Shown piece by piece: positions 19,949 through 29,667 of a DNA stretch of 64,000 bases. Under the pieces are notes generated by a model, which did no database searches, was not told the origin of the DNA, and worked only from the letters and a program-made list of their open reading frames with translations. The translations under genes and the position numbers were made by a program. Position 1 is the first letter of the stretch, and every line of letters starts with the position of its first letter. The DNA comes from a virus, in the IMG/VR virus record IMGVR_UViG_3300033153_008203, positions 81,070-145,069 of that record; one strand, 5' to 3'.

Positions 19949-20563
19949 TTACTGAGCTCTTCTTCTATTCATGTTCCAGTCTCCTGGAGGAGGTCCTAAA
20001 TCGCTTTTTGCAAGCTCTTTATTTGCTCTACCAAAGTCTATTGGTCCAGCTTTTATTTTCTTTGTAGATTTACCACTTATTTGTAATGGCTCACCAAGTA
20101 TGCCTTGAGAAATCAAGATGCTCTCTGCTAATGCAAGCTTCTCAGAGACATCATCCCAGCTCATACTGTCTATATCGTCTGGCGTATATCCAGGAAATGC
20201 TTGACATATTAGAGCTGTTATTTGATTTGTTATTGATCCAACAAGCTCTCTTTTTTCCTCTAGCTTTTCATCTATACTCTCAATGCTTTGTGGACCAGAC
20301 TCATGTAGTATGAGACCAGCTACTGTAAGAATATCTCCTGCATAAAACAAGTCTATTGCTCCTGTATATATGTCATCTAATACACAGTCTTTAAAGATCT
20401 TTTCTTCTATATGATAAGAAGGAATCCCGCCAGATTGGAGCGTACTGGTATACGATAAATATTCATTCCACGTAAGCAGTCGATATACTATCTCATGGCC
20501 AGCAGGAGAACTGTATTTGAATATGCGTTTATATTTGCATTTTGCATCTAAATACTGGTTCAT
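19949..20563 (-). CDS. tail assembly chaperone-like protein
   Basis: Upstream of the tape-measure-type gene. YRLLTWNEY...KDCVL parallels WRPITWQDY...YKCVL in the adjacent gene. Confidence 0.6.
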   Translation of the reverse strand: MNQYLDAKCKYKRIFKYSSPAGHEIVYRLLTWNEYLSYTSTLQSGGIPSYHIEEKIFKDCVLDDIYTGAIDLFYAGDILTVAGLILHESGPQSIESIDEKLEEKRELVGSITNQITALICQAFPGYTPDDIDSMSWDDVSEKLALAESILISQGILGEPLQISGKSTKKIKAGPIDFGRANKELAKSDLGPPPGDWNMNRRRAQ

Positions 20564-20569
20564 TATCCA

Positions 20570-21019
20570 TTACAGGTCTATAACCAGATTCATTGCTACC
20601 TGTGGCGGGATAAAGTTTGATCCCTCCATTATCTGTTGTGACAGAGTAGGAATTGTTCCGCCTTTTAATGTTGGTATATTTTCAGGCATAATCTTAGGCC
20701 AAAGAACACACTTATATAATAGTTGCTCATCAAAGAAGTTTGGATTTTGCGGATTCTCTGCTGCAGACTGTTGCAACATCTTATAGTCTTGCCAAGTAAT
20801 TGGCCTCCATAAGAATGCTTCTTTCTCGGAAAACATAGACATTTTTACTTCATATGTAGTTTTCCAATGAGTCACTTGTTCTTGTGTTGGAGCGTTTGGG
20901 ATGCTTGCAAGAATTGCATATGGATCAGGCGCCCCATCTTCCTCTAGTTCTGCTTCTAGTGCTGGTGCTTCTGTTTCTGGTGTTACTTCTTGTTCTGTCT
21001 CTTTGTTAGTATTTGGCAT
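20570..21019 (-). CDS. tail assembly chaperone-like protein
   Basis: Position between tube genes and the giant gene. Paralogous to 19949-20563. Strong SD AAGGAGG. Confidence 0.6.
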   Translation of the reverse strand: MPNTNKETEQEVTPETEAPALEAELEEDGAPDPYAILASIPNAPTQEQVTHWKTTYEVKMSMFSEKEAFLWRPITWQDYKMLQQSAAENPQNPNFFDEQLLYKCVLWPKIMPENIPTLKGGTIPTLSQQIMEGSNFIPPQVAMNLVIDL

Positions 21020-21047
21020 TTACTTCCTCCTTTAAAGGGTTTAACTT

Positions 21048-21056
21048 ATTATATCA
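21048..21056 (-). promoter_or_regulatory. extended -10 promoter (TGATATAAT)
   Basis: TGnTATAAT in the intergenic gap upstream of 21019, with no -35 match. Confidence 0.5.
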
Positions 21057-21078
21057 TATTTTATTATTTTAAAACCCC

Positions 21079-21828
21079 TTATATAACATCTCTTGCAATG
21101 AAAGTGTATGCCTCCTGAATAGGTTCTCCACTTACTTCAACTAATTGAGACTGCCCTACAAGTTCAACCTGCCTTATTCTCCTAGCAGTGTGGTTTGATG
21201 ATGCGTCATCTAGATTTCCAAACGTAAGAAATATATCAAAATTATCCATTAAATCTGGTCTACGCAATCCTTCTTCAAATGGACCTCTTGCTGCAGTGCT
21301 ACCTCCTGGTCCCCATATCGCATCTTCAAACTTTTCAGCAATATTTTCAAACTGAGAATCTGGAAGGCTAGACAGATCTGACAAGTCTTTCATTGTCTCT
21401 GGCGTTACTCCCTTTTGTATTAGAGTCTCTATGTTTGCTTTAACTATTGGACTAGTTGAGGTTATCTTGTCTGCCTCATAATCTGGAGAAGAAGGAATAG
21501 GACTTTTTGATATACTATTTCTTACAATATGATCTAATACTATGTGCAGATAACCAGCTTCTTTAAAGTTGATTGTAAAATTACCAGTAACAATAGTTGT
21601 ACCTTTTGCTACAAAATCCCAATGATGAGATGCATAGCCATATATTGGTCTCTTCTGTTGTTCCATTCTATACTGTATAGATGTTATTTCGTCTATTAAT
21701 ATGTCGCCGATATATAAGGATACATTAGCACCGGAAAAATGATCGTAGTCGTATTGTTGTTGACCAGGAACCATTCCTTGATTACTTGGTTTAGATCCAT
21801 ATTCTCTACTTGGTAATTTAGGTGGCAT
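21079..21828 (-). CDS. tail tube-fold protein (tube initiator/baseplate tube-like)
   Basis: FSGANV...PIYGY...GNFTINF...YTFIARD, paralogous to the main tube protein. Confidence 0.7.
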   Translation of the reverse strand: MPPKLPSREYGSKPSNQGMVPGQQQYDYDHFSGANVSLYIGDILIDEITSIQYRMEQQKRPIYGYASHHWDFVAKGTTIVTGNFTINFKEAGYLHIVLDHIVRNSISKSPIPSSPDYEADKITSTSPIVKANIETLIQKGVTPETMKDLSDLSSLPDSQFENIAEKFEDAIWGPGGSTAARGPFEEGLRRPDLMDNFDIFLTFGNLDDASSNHTARRIRQVELVGQSQLVEVSGEPIQEAYTFIARDVI

Positions 21829-22547
21829 TAGAATTTAAGTCCCCCTTTTAAATAATTTTTCATTCTTTCTTCTGAGCTTTTTTTCATCATAAGATCGCTT
21901 GCTGAAAGAGCCATATCTGTTTGAAGTCTCTTAGATGTATCTGTATCTGGAAGCATAGGTCTAATATCTTGTGCTATGTATTGCACTACATTTTCTGTGA
22001 AGAAGTCCTCTATAGACATTGTAATACCTTCAGATATTATCTCAACCCCGTATATTACTAGTGAAGATGCGGCTCCATATTCGTTTGCAAAAGTTACAGT
22101 TACATCGAATCTTGGAAGCTGATCTATGAGAGGCGTAGACAAATCGCTACTTGTATCAGGAGCTATCCTTTTCATAAGATCATACAAGACTTGCTTATTG
22201 AACATCGTAAAGATCATAGTTCCACTTATTGTACGTGGGCCTCTTGTAAAACCTTTTGGATATCCCATTCCTATTGTTCTTACAGGATATTTTTCCCGAT
22301 AAATAGAATAAGAAAGCGTCTGTATGTCTCCTAGGACTAGTGGCTTACTAGAGTGTTCAGTGTCATTCTCTTGTCCTGTTCCTTTTTCTTCACCTGCTTT
22401 ATTAATAGGCAAGAAGTCTATTGGGATATGAACAATAGCTTTGATGTCTGCTCCACTATACACGTCGTATCCTGATGGAGCGTCTATGTCTTGCTGTAAG
22501 CTAGTCGCATATGCAGCAGATGAGATATTATTATTAGTATTTGCCAT
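21828..22547 (-). CDS. tail tube-fold protein (tube initiator/baseplate tube-like)
   Basis: YSGADI...SYSIYREKYPV...GFTRGPRTISGTMIF...FDVTVTFANEYG...IYGVEI, a clear paralogue of 22625-23263. Start placed at the ATG at 22547. Confidence 0.75.
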   Translation of the reverse strand: MANTNNNISSAAYATSLQQDIDAPSGYDVYSGADIKAIVHIPIDFLPINKAGEEKGTGQENDTEHSSKPLVLGDIQTLSYSIYREKYPVRTIGMGYPKGFTRGPRTISGTMIFTMFNKQVLYDLMKRIAPDTSSDLSTPLIDQLPRFDVTVTFANEYGAASSLVIYGVEIISEGITMSIEDFFTENVVQYIAQDIRPMLPDTDTSKRLQTDMALSASDLMMKKSSEERMKNYLKGGLKF

Positions 22548-22557
22548 TGTCACCTAC

Positions 22558-22594
22558 AAAAAAATAGCGGCCAGCCAATAAAGGCATGGCCGCT
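22558..22594 (-). terminator. intrinsic terminator after the tail tube gene
   Basis: AGCGGCCA...TGGCCGCT stem followed by ATTTTTTT on the minus strand. Confidence 0.8.
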
Positions 22595-22624
22595 TTATAA
22601 TTTAGATTAATTGATACGATTATA

Positions 22625-23263
22625 TTATACTGGATCCCCTACGTTAGCAACAGGATTCTGTACAGTCCAAGGAGCTATACCACGGCACACATAAGTGTAC
22701 TGTTGTTCTGAGACTATGTCATCAATGCTGACTCCATATCCTTCGTTAAGGATTTCAACGCCATAGATTCTCATAACTGAAACTGCACCATATTCGTTAG
22801 CTGCACTTAATGTTACATCGAAAGGCAACATTTGATCTGTGTACCAAGGTTTATCAGCTGCTTTCTGTGCACCTGATGTAGGGACACCTATCAGTTCGCC
22901 TTCTTGTACGTTGGTAAGCTGGGTTATTCCAGCAAGAGTCGTTGCTCCACCAATGCTTGATCCTGTTGGCTCATTCAATGAAGAAAAACCTGGAGGTCTT
23001 GGGTCATTTTTCTCGGCTGCAAACTTGAACCCACCCATCTCGTCAAGCAATGCATTCCTATCAAACATTGTGAATATTAGTGATCCTGCTATGCCTCTTT
23101 TACCTCTAGAAAAAGCTCTTGGATCAGGTGAGCCCATCGTATAAATAGGGGCCTTTTCTCTTGTAACAGAGTAACTTATGCCTTGCAAGGCGCCAATTAC
23201 TTGGCTACCAAACACAGCAGTTATGTCTACTCCGCTAAAAGAGTTATATGCCTGTTCTGCCAT
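22625..23263 (-). CDS. major tail tube protein
   Basis: Directly downstream of the sheath, with strong SD AAGGAGG and a following terminator. Tube-type beta-strand pattern. Confidence 0.8.
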   Translation of the reverse strand: MAEQAYNSFSGVDITAVFGSQVIGALQGISYSVTREKAPIYTMGSPDPRAFSRGKRGIAGSLIFTMFDRNALLDEMGGFKFAAEKNDPRPPGFSSLNEPTGSSIGGATTLAGITQLTNVQEGELIGVPTSGAQKAADKPWYTDQMLPFDVTLSAANEYGAVSVMRIYGVEILNEGYGVSIDDIVSEQQYTYVCRGIAPWTVQNPVANVGDPV

Positions 23264-23281
23264 TTTAAATTTCCTCCTTTA

Positions 23282-25210
23282 TTAGATTAATGCGCTAAGC
23301 GACAATACTATAGTGATTTGTCTTAACTCGAATGCAGGGACAAGCTTAAGTTCTATTGTTGCATCACCTTGTATCTGTTGTACAGGCGTAGATGTAACAG
23401 ACAAAACAAATCCTTGTATGTATCCTTCTCTCTGAAGTGACCCTAGTCCAGCATCAACTGCAGTTTCAAGCGCTGCCCTTCTCTGAGCTGTGTTTGCTTC
23501 TCCAACGAATGGATCGGCTACTGCTCTTACAACATCTATAGCATCTTTAACGATCCTCACTGTTGAAAGTCTAACGTAATCTGAACTCTGTCTTGCAGCA
23601 GTAGGAGCATCAGCAACAACGGTTCCCTTAGGTCTAAGAGCAAGCATTGTATACTTGGCGCCAGCAAGATTATCAAGCACAGTATTGTTTAAGCCATGTA
23701 TTGCCCTTACAGAAGGGATTACCTTGTTAGTAGGTGCTGACTTAGACTCAAGAGACATAATCAGACCAGCATAGCTAGGTGCTCCGTTTGTGACATATCC
23801 GTTAACATTTGTTGTCCACTGGTTGGCAAGCCTTCCATAACTTGGAACAACTGATATGTATTTACCGATATCAACAAGCTCGTTATTCTGATCAGAGATT
23901 TCTGAACCACCTAAGTTTCCAGAATCAGTAGCAATAAAACCACCTTGTGCATCTCCACTTCTGTAGCCTGCTGATCCAGCCATAAACTTGTTTCCAAGAA
24001 GGCCTGATCCATTGTCTCCAGCATCATTTATAAGTCTGCTTCCGTCATCTAGTACAGTATACGTTGGAAGTGATCCAACCCAAATTGCAATGTCTTTTGG
24101 ACTAAAGCTTGTTGGAGGAAGCATTCCTATTGTACCTATACATTCATTGTTATTTACTGACAAGTTGAAACAAAAGTTTGCCAACTGATAACCAAAATTG
24201 ACCTCAATAAAGCTGCTAGCAGTTAGAGTATCTCCAGCTGCATTGGTTGTTGCTGATGCACTAGCTACAGATGGATAAATATTACACCCAGCATCAGTAG
24301 TAAACACATCTCCAAGATCACCCTGAGGATTAGATGGCAACCACCAGTAGAAATAATTCTCTCCTTGGTACTCTTCGATGTAAACTCTTCCAAGAACGTC
24401 CTTCTCACCATTTGTTACAGGATAGTCTGAAAGCGCAGCAAGACCAAGATCAGTTACGTCATCTGATGTCAAATCAACTATGTTTGTATCATCGACATAT
24501 GCGTCCATAGGAATTACCATGTCGATTCTTTCGTTCTCAAGTGCCTTGTATGTATTATACAGATACTCGTAAAGCTTCATCCTTGATGGATCAGTACCGT
24601 CTGTTCCTGCTGTATATAGAGCTGTTATTCCAGAAAGAGCATCTACATCCTCAAGAGGAATTGCTCCTGTAGCAGAATCAGTACCTATTACTTCACCAAA
24701 AGTTCCGCCAAGAACAGAACCAGATACAATCACATCAAGTGTATCTATTTCGCTTCCAGACTCATTACTATATACTAAAAAGTCATCAGAAGCTCGCCAT
24801 ACTTTAAGTAGGCCGGCATCACCGTTCTCATTAAAATCAAAGTGAATGTTATATAGAGCTCCAGCAGTATTGTCTTTATCTGAAGTCTCTACGATATAGC
24901 CATAATCTCCAGTTGCTGCAAATGCTGTATTACCAACACCTTCAAGCTTAGCTGAAGTAGCTCCCATCCTATATATTCTTACATTTGTTGCACCGCCATC
25001 TTTGACCTCATACAGTCCTCTTACAAGAGTTCCGCTAAGTCCAAATTGCGCTACTGTGTCAGCAGTTCTTACTACTCTAGTTAGTTGGTCTCCGGCGCCT
25101 TGTGCTGATGTTCCCAATACAACTGTATTAGGTGCAGTTTCAGGCGTAAATATATCTAGACCACCATCGATTTTCTCACTGAAAACCCCAGGTAAATTTT
25201 CGAAAGCCAT
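23282..25210 (-). CDS. tail sheath protein
   Basis: N-terminal LPGVF. C-terminal YVRLSTVRIV...FVGEANT...LVPAFELRQITIVL typical of contractile sheaths. Confidence 0.9.
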   Translation of the reverse strand: MAFENLPGVFSEKIDGGLDIFTPETAPNTVVLGTSAQGAGDQLTRVVRTADTVAQFGLSGTLVRGLYEVKDGGATNVRIYRMGATSAKLEGVGNTAFAATGDYGYIVETSDKDNTAGALYNIHFDFNENGDAGLLKVWRASDDFLVYSNESGSEIDTLDVIVSGSVLGGTFGEVIGTDSATGAIPLEDVDALSGITALYTAGTDGTDPSRMKLYEYLYNTYKALENERIDMVIPMDAYVDDTNIVDLTSDDVTDLGLAALSDYPVTNGEKDVLGRVYIEEYQGENYFYWWLPSNPQGDLGDVFTTDAGCNIYPSVASASATTNAAGDTLTASSFIEVNFGYQLANFCFNLSVNNNECIGTIGMLPPTSFSPKDIAIWVGSLPTYTVLDDGSRLINDAGDNGSGLLGNKFMAGSAGYRSGDAQGGFIATDSGNLGGSEISDQNNELVDIGKYISVVPSYGRLANQWTTNVNGYVTNGAPSYAGLIMSLESKSAPTNKVIPSVRAIHGLNNTVLDNLAGAKYTMLALRPKGTVVADAPTAARQSSDYVRLSTVRIVKDAIDVVRAVADPFVGEANTAQRRAALETAVDAGLGSLQREGYIQGFVLSVTSTPVQQIQGDATIELKLVPAFELRQITIVLSLSALI

Positions 25211-25225
25211 TATTTAAAGTCCTCC

Positions 25226-25933
25226 TTATTGGTTTATTAAGCTAAAATTTACTACTACTTGTTCAATCGCTTTTTCACTAACAACTGAGATTTCCTCAGT
25301 TCTTACAAAAAATTTAATCGATCTCCCAAACATTGTATACCCATCAGCTTCCACTGATGTTTCTTCTCCTCTTCCTAAATATAAAACACGTTGAACCCCA
25401 GAATACCTAAAAAACCAGAGATAGTTTGTCATAAAGTTCTCAAACCATAATGCTCTATCATCTGCTTCTTTGTTGGTTCTTCCATAGCATTTAAACTCAA
25501 CCATGTTATCGTACCAGTATCCAAACGTGAGTTTTTTATATCCTGGATTATCTTCGTCTTCTAGTTCTTCACGAAATATTGGCCTATAATTTTTTACAGC
25601 TCCTCCACCAAAAGGCTCATTCTGACTAAAATCTCCTGGCTGTCGCTTCTTTAAACTATAAGTTATTATTTCATTTTTCATGCCCTTAAGACTATAGTCT
25701 CTTGTGAAATCGACTTTCATCTCATCGCTAACGTCTCCGACGTTTTCTACATGATCAATTGCTTCTTTTACTAGAGTGTAGAATCCCTCTATATTTTTTG
25801 ATACTCCGGGAGTTCTAGACGCTCCTGTTTGCCTTAGAGCAGCAGATGTCATGTTTGAAACAACATGATTCACAGTAACTCTAGCTTGCTCTTCTAATAG
25901 TGCAGGGTTTAAGTTTTCTAATAATTCTGTCAT
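25226..25933 (-). CDS. putative tail terminator/completion protein
   Basis: Position immediately upstream of the sheath, with a mixed alpha/beta pattern. Confidence 0.55.
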   Translation of the reverse strand: MTELLENLNPALLEEQARVTVNHVVSNMTSAALRQTGASRTPGVSKNIEGFYTLVKEAIDHVENVGDVSDEMKVDFTRDYSLKGMKNEIITYSLKKRQPGDFSQNEPFGGGAVKNYRPIFREELEDEDNPGYKKLTFGYWYDNMVEFKCYGRTNKEADDRALWFENFMTNYLWFFRYSGVQRVLYLGRGEETSVEADGYTMFGRSIKFFVRTEEISVVSEKAIEQVVVNFSLINQ

Positions 25934-26427
25934 TATTGTGGTCCCATATATCTTCTGTTCATTGGTGCTGCTACAACCCTATAGTAAGCAAGCTCACCAT
26001 AGTCTTCTCTCAGCAAATCAACAGGAAGGATATTATAGATCTTTACTCTTTCTATTGGTGCAATAGTATTTCCATCATCATCAAACTTGACTGTTATAAG
26101 TTCGTCAAGACCAGATGGAGCTACATCATGATTAAAGTAAACCACTAAATTGTCATCAGCACCAGGTCTATGCCAGTATGCCTTGACAAACTCTTCATCC
26201 CAATAATACTTAGACCCAAGACAGTAAGGACAATATGTATCCTTATCAGCTTCATCAGTTATGTTGCTAACGCAAGCACATTTGATTGGGCTATTGTTTG
26301 AGTCAAGCCTAATTCTACGATAGATAATGTCTCTACCTTTAGGCGCTTCTACACCTGATCCAAACATAAACCTGTCCATTTCTGTTTGCAGATTTAAGTT
26401 TTTTTCAAATAAATCGAAAGCTCCCAT
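25933..26427 (-). CDS. putative neck/head-closure protein with Cys cluster
   Basis: CAC...CPYCLG motif. Position between adaptor and tail completion genes. Confidence 0.55.
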   Translation of the reverse strand: MGAFDLFEKNLNLQTEMDRFMFGSGVEAPKGRDIIYRRIRLDSNNSPIKCACVSNITDEADKDTYCPYCLGSKYYWDEEFVKAYWHRPGADDNLVVYFNHDVAPSGLDELITVKFDDDGNTIAPIERVKIYNILPVDLLREDYGELAYYRVVAAPMNRRYMGPQ

Positions 26428-27800
26428 TATGATCTAGGCTCCCAAGTATTTTTCCACCTATAATAGTGTGCTTCTTTTGTATTAGCAGCAGGAACTGATC
26501 CACTTTGCTTTTCCCATACTCTCCCAATCATTGGTCTATTAGGATCGTAAAGACCTTTAACTGCCATAGTAAAGTCTTTCTCGTTACCTCCATTCATAAG
26601 AAGAGGTTGCCACTTCTCTACGCAATCAGCAAGTCTATCTAGTATTCTTGGTAAATGTCCCGTATCATATTGGACTTCAAAGTCTCCAAGCTTCTTCTTA
26701 GATATTCCACCTTCCATAGATATTCCCTGTAAGAGTATCCCGGATGCTTCACATATCACAAAGTTTCTTTTTACCATATCAAAATATGCTTGATTGGTAA
26801 TAGTCCCTGTATATGCCAGTACGTCAGCAATTCTACTTGCTTCAAATATAGCAAGGTTAATTGTGTCATCTGGTATACCTGATAAGAATCCACCTATATC
26901 TAGTCTAATCCTTCTTGGCGTCACGTATAAAGGAGTATAAGTAGTTGTAAAATAAAAAGAATAGTCGCCGCTTATAACGTTCCCATTCTCGTCTTTTAAA
27001 CTACCTCCTATAGTAACAGTTACCGCATTATTTATAACCAAAGAATCTGTCATCGTTAATGTTACAGTTCCTCCTGTTACACTGCTAGTAAATGTTATTG
27101 TGCCAGCAGAAGGAATAGATGTATCACCATTAACAGACTCTGCGATAATTGATATTGCAGAATCAACAGTAGCATCATCAACGTTAACATTAAAATCTAA
27201 TATTATTGTATCTGTTGCTATATCAAGGTTGGTTGCTCTATTAGCAGGTATGCTGCTCAGCAGCTTAAATGGGTCAGATACAACAGACGATACTGCTGGT
27301 GGTACAGACACTGCAGTTGAAGATACAGTAGGGACTTCAGATACACTTCCACTACCAGTTGTAAATTTCCATATATATGTTCCTACTAGAACTGTGGAAT
27401 CTACCGCTGCTATAGGCGGAACTATATTGTCGTCTAAACCTTCATCTCCTGCAAGATATATGACATATTCTGTGTTGGGTGCAAATGGAGCAGTAGGGGT
27501 GAATGTGGCTTTTGTGCCATACTCTCCTCCTCCAAGATCTTCTTGTGAAAAAGAAACAACTCCACTTATATATTCATCTCCACCGAAGTCAAGAAGAACA
27601 TTTTCAGGAGATGTATTCTCTATTACTCTTATACCAGGGGTAGACCAGGCAGAATCGTCTGGTCCAGATACCATGAATGTGGATGTAGTAATCGTTGCTT
27701 CATCCATTAATTGGTTGAAAACAACTGATATCTGAGTTTGAAGCGGAAGCCCTAAAGAAGCATCTAATGGATTAACTGATTCTATTTCTACTATAGCCAT
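26427..27800 (-). CDS. head-tail adaptor-like protein with two N-terminal Ig-like domains
   Basis: Two Big-type repeats (ISVVFNQLMD...WKFTTG; IILDFNVNVD...FYFTT) followed by a helical adaptor-like region (KKKLGDFEVQY). Confidence 0.6.
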   Translation of the reverse strand: MAIVEIESVNPLDASLGLPLQTQISVVFNQLMDEATITTSTFMVSGPDDSAWSTPGIRVIENTSPENVLLDFGGDEYISGVVSFSQEDLGGGEYGTKATFTPTAPFAPNTEYVIYLAGDEGLDDNIVPPIAAVDSTVLVGTYIWKFTTGSGSVSEVPTVSSTAVSVPPAVSSVVSDPFKLLSSIPANRATNLDIATDTIILDFNVNVDDATVDSAISIIAESVNGDTSIPSAGTITFTSSVTGGTVTLTMTDSLVINNAVTVTIGGSLKDENGNVISGDYSFYFTTTYTPLYVTPRRIRLDIGGFLSGIPDDTINLAIFEASRIADVLAYTGTITNQAYFDMVKRNFVICEASGILLQGISMEGGISKKKLGDFEVQYDTGHLPRILDRLADCVEKWQPLLMNGGNEKDFTMAVKGLYDPNRPMIGRVWEKQSGSVPAANTKEAHYYRWKNTWEPRS

Positions 27801-27814
27801 TCTTTAGCCGTCCT

Positions 27815-28315
27815 TTAAACTACATTTATCTCTACTTTTTCGCTGTCTTCGATATCGTCAACAACGAGCGATACTCCTCCTGTATTTTCTAACGCTTCTT
27901 TGACAGCTTTAATAACACTTTTTCTATTTAGCTTACTTTCTTCTACAGTTAGCATAGACTCAAGTTTTCTAAAACCAACATTTTTTCCTTGCTTTTTACA
28001 CCATGCAACTATAGTTTTAGCGCTACCTTTAAGTTGTAGCTCTGCACTTTTCAAGATTCTGTCTAACTCTTTGTTTTTAGCAGAGGCATCATTAGAACTA
28101 ATGTTAGTCTTACTGTCTGTTTCTACGTTAGTAACAGGTGTATCACCAGACTCTGTTTTAATCAATATTCTACGATTAATTGCATTTTGCAATACCGTTT
28201 TGTCTTCTTGACTAAGTGACTCTACATCAATCTCTTTAGGACCTGGGTCTTGAAAAGAAAAATGAATATCCTTGTGATACCAAAGTGTGGCTCTCTCTGA
28301 AAGCTGTAAATACAT
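27815..28315 (-). CDS. hypothetical virion-region protein
   Basis: ORF after the capsid gene. Start moved to the ATG at 28315 because of the GGAGG SD and because the longer ORF overlaps a hairpin. Confidence 0.6.
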   Translation of the reverse strand: MYLQLSERATLWYHKDIHFSFQDPGPKEIDVESLSQEDKTVLQNAINRRILIKTESGDTPVTNVETDSKTNISSNDASAKNKELDRILKSAELQLKGSAKTIVAWCKKQGKNVGFRKLESMLTVEESKLNRKSVIKAVKEALENTGGVSLVVDDIEDSEKVEINVV

Positions 28316-28336
28316 ATTATTATCCTCCATGATTAA

Positions 28337-28371
28337 AGTGGTATAGTGGGCCCGAAGACCCACTAACCACT
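28337..28371 (-). terminator. UUCG-capped hairpin after the major capsid gene (terminator or stabiliser)
   Basis: Minus strand AGTGGT-TAGTGGGTC(TTCG)GGCCCACTA-T-ACCACT with only a short T tract. Confidence 0.65.
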
Positions 28372-28404
28372 AGTATATCATAGACTATGTTTTACTAAAC
28401 CCTC

Positions 28405-29640
28405 TTAGAGAGTTATAGCAGTGTCTCTTGCAAGCTCACCGATGCTTCCACTTACAGAGATTTGGCTCTGAGCAGGAAGTACGATCTCATTAGGTACAAC
28501 CCTAATGTTCCTCATTACACCAATTGCCTGTCCTTCGTTAAGGATAGCCATGCCATACCTTTCACGAAGCTTGATCTTCCTGATATCAACAGAAGGATCA
28601 TTAAACTCTTCTGTAGTAATATCTTCGTCAACTACAAGCACACCAAGCTCGGTAGAATCAAACATCATAATGTTTGTAAGCTTGTTCTTTGGATCATAAT
28701 GAACGAATGGAGAAACAATTATCCTCATAGGTACATTGAAGTACGTAGGAAGAGTAGGTGCAGAGTTAATATTCTGCGGATACGCATTAAGCGGATCAGC
28801 TGATTCACCAGCAAGATTACCACCAGGCATAATGTTTTGGCCTGGGCTAACTCCAAGAGGATCAGTCCAGTTTGCTTTACCAGAAGGATTACCATTCCAA
28901 GTAGCGAAATAAGTACCGCCACCTGAAGCTAGAGCGAAAGCCCTAAGAGTAGGATCCTTGATAAACATTACCCACGTGAGTGGATGCATAAGCAGAGTGT
29001 TTGGGGTGAAACCTTGAGTTATGAGCTGGCCATAAGCATCAAAGATATCATCCATTGTGATAGAACCGTTTCCAGAACCATCAAGAGACCTACCTGATAC
29101 AGTACCGAAGATAGAGTCTGTAGGATTAAGGTTGTCGTGAGTTGTTACACCCATGCTGTTGATATAGTTAAATATCTTGACTTCCTTATGCCTTGCGAGA
29201 GCTCTACCGGCTTCCCTCAGATGCATACCAATTACGTCGAACTGGCTGTACCTGATCATTTCGTCAGTTACCTGAACTGCGAGACCGGACTTACCAACGG
29301 TAGCCGTTACAGTGGCTCCTTCCCTTGCTAACCCTCTGATTGGGTATTCTTGACCTTCTGCGATATCAGCTGCTACCATTCCGCCAACGGCAGGGAATGT
29401 GATCGTTTGACCATAAGAGTAGTTGACACGTTGAAGTAAAGAAGTACCTACCAAAAGAGGTTCAGCAGCTTCCTTAACGATATTGCTGATGACCTTAGGA
29501 AGCAGGGTAGCTGCGTTTGGAGTTGACAGAGCATCTGTCATACTTACAGTTTTACCTGCTTGATCTCCAAAAGCACAACCGTTATTCTTCCAGAGCCATT
29601 GGTAACCGCTCAGGTCTTCTATGTTGAACTTTTTTGCCAT
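28405..29640 (-). CDS. major capsid protein (HK97 fold)
   Basis: 411 aa with IAEGQEYP, KSGLAVQVTDEMI, PNTLLMHP and KLRERYG motifs. Follows the protease and decoration genes and has a strong SD. Confidence 0.9.
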   Translation of the reverse strand: MAKKFNIEDLSGYQWLWKNNGCAFGDQAGKTVSMTDALSTPNAATLLPKVISNIVKEAAEPLLVGTSLLQRVNYSYGQTITFPAVGGMVAADIAEGQEYPIRGLAREGATVTATVGKSGLAVQVTDEMIRYSQFDVIGMHLREAGRALARHKEVKIFNYINSMGVTTHDNLNPTDSIFGTVSGRSLDGSGNGSITMDDIFDAYGQLITQGFTPNTLLMHPLTWVMFIKDPTLRAFALASGGGTYFATWNGNPSGKANWTDPLGVSPGQNIMPGGNLAGESADPLNAYPQNINSAPTLPTYFNVPMRIIVSPFVHYDPKNKLTNIMMFDSTELGVLVVDEDITTEEFNDPSVDIRKIKLRERYGMAILNEGQAIGVMRNIRVVPNEIVLPAQSQISVSGSIGELARDTAITL

Positions 29641-29667
29641 TATTACTTTCCTCCTTTTTCTATTTTA

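Noticed and set aside
19949-21019. Lambda G/GT-type programmed frameshift between the tail chaperones
   Set aside because: The two ORFs are separate paralogues with their own start and stop, and I saw no slippery heptamer at the end of the first.
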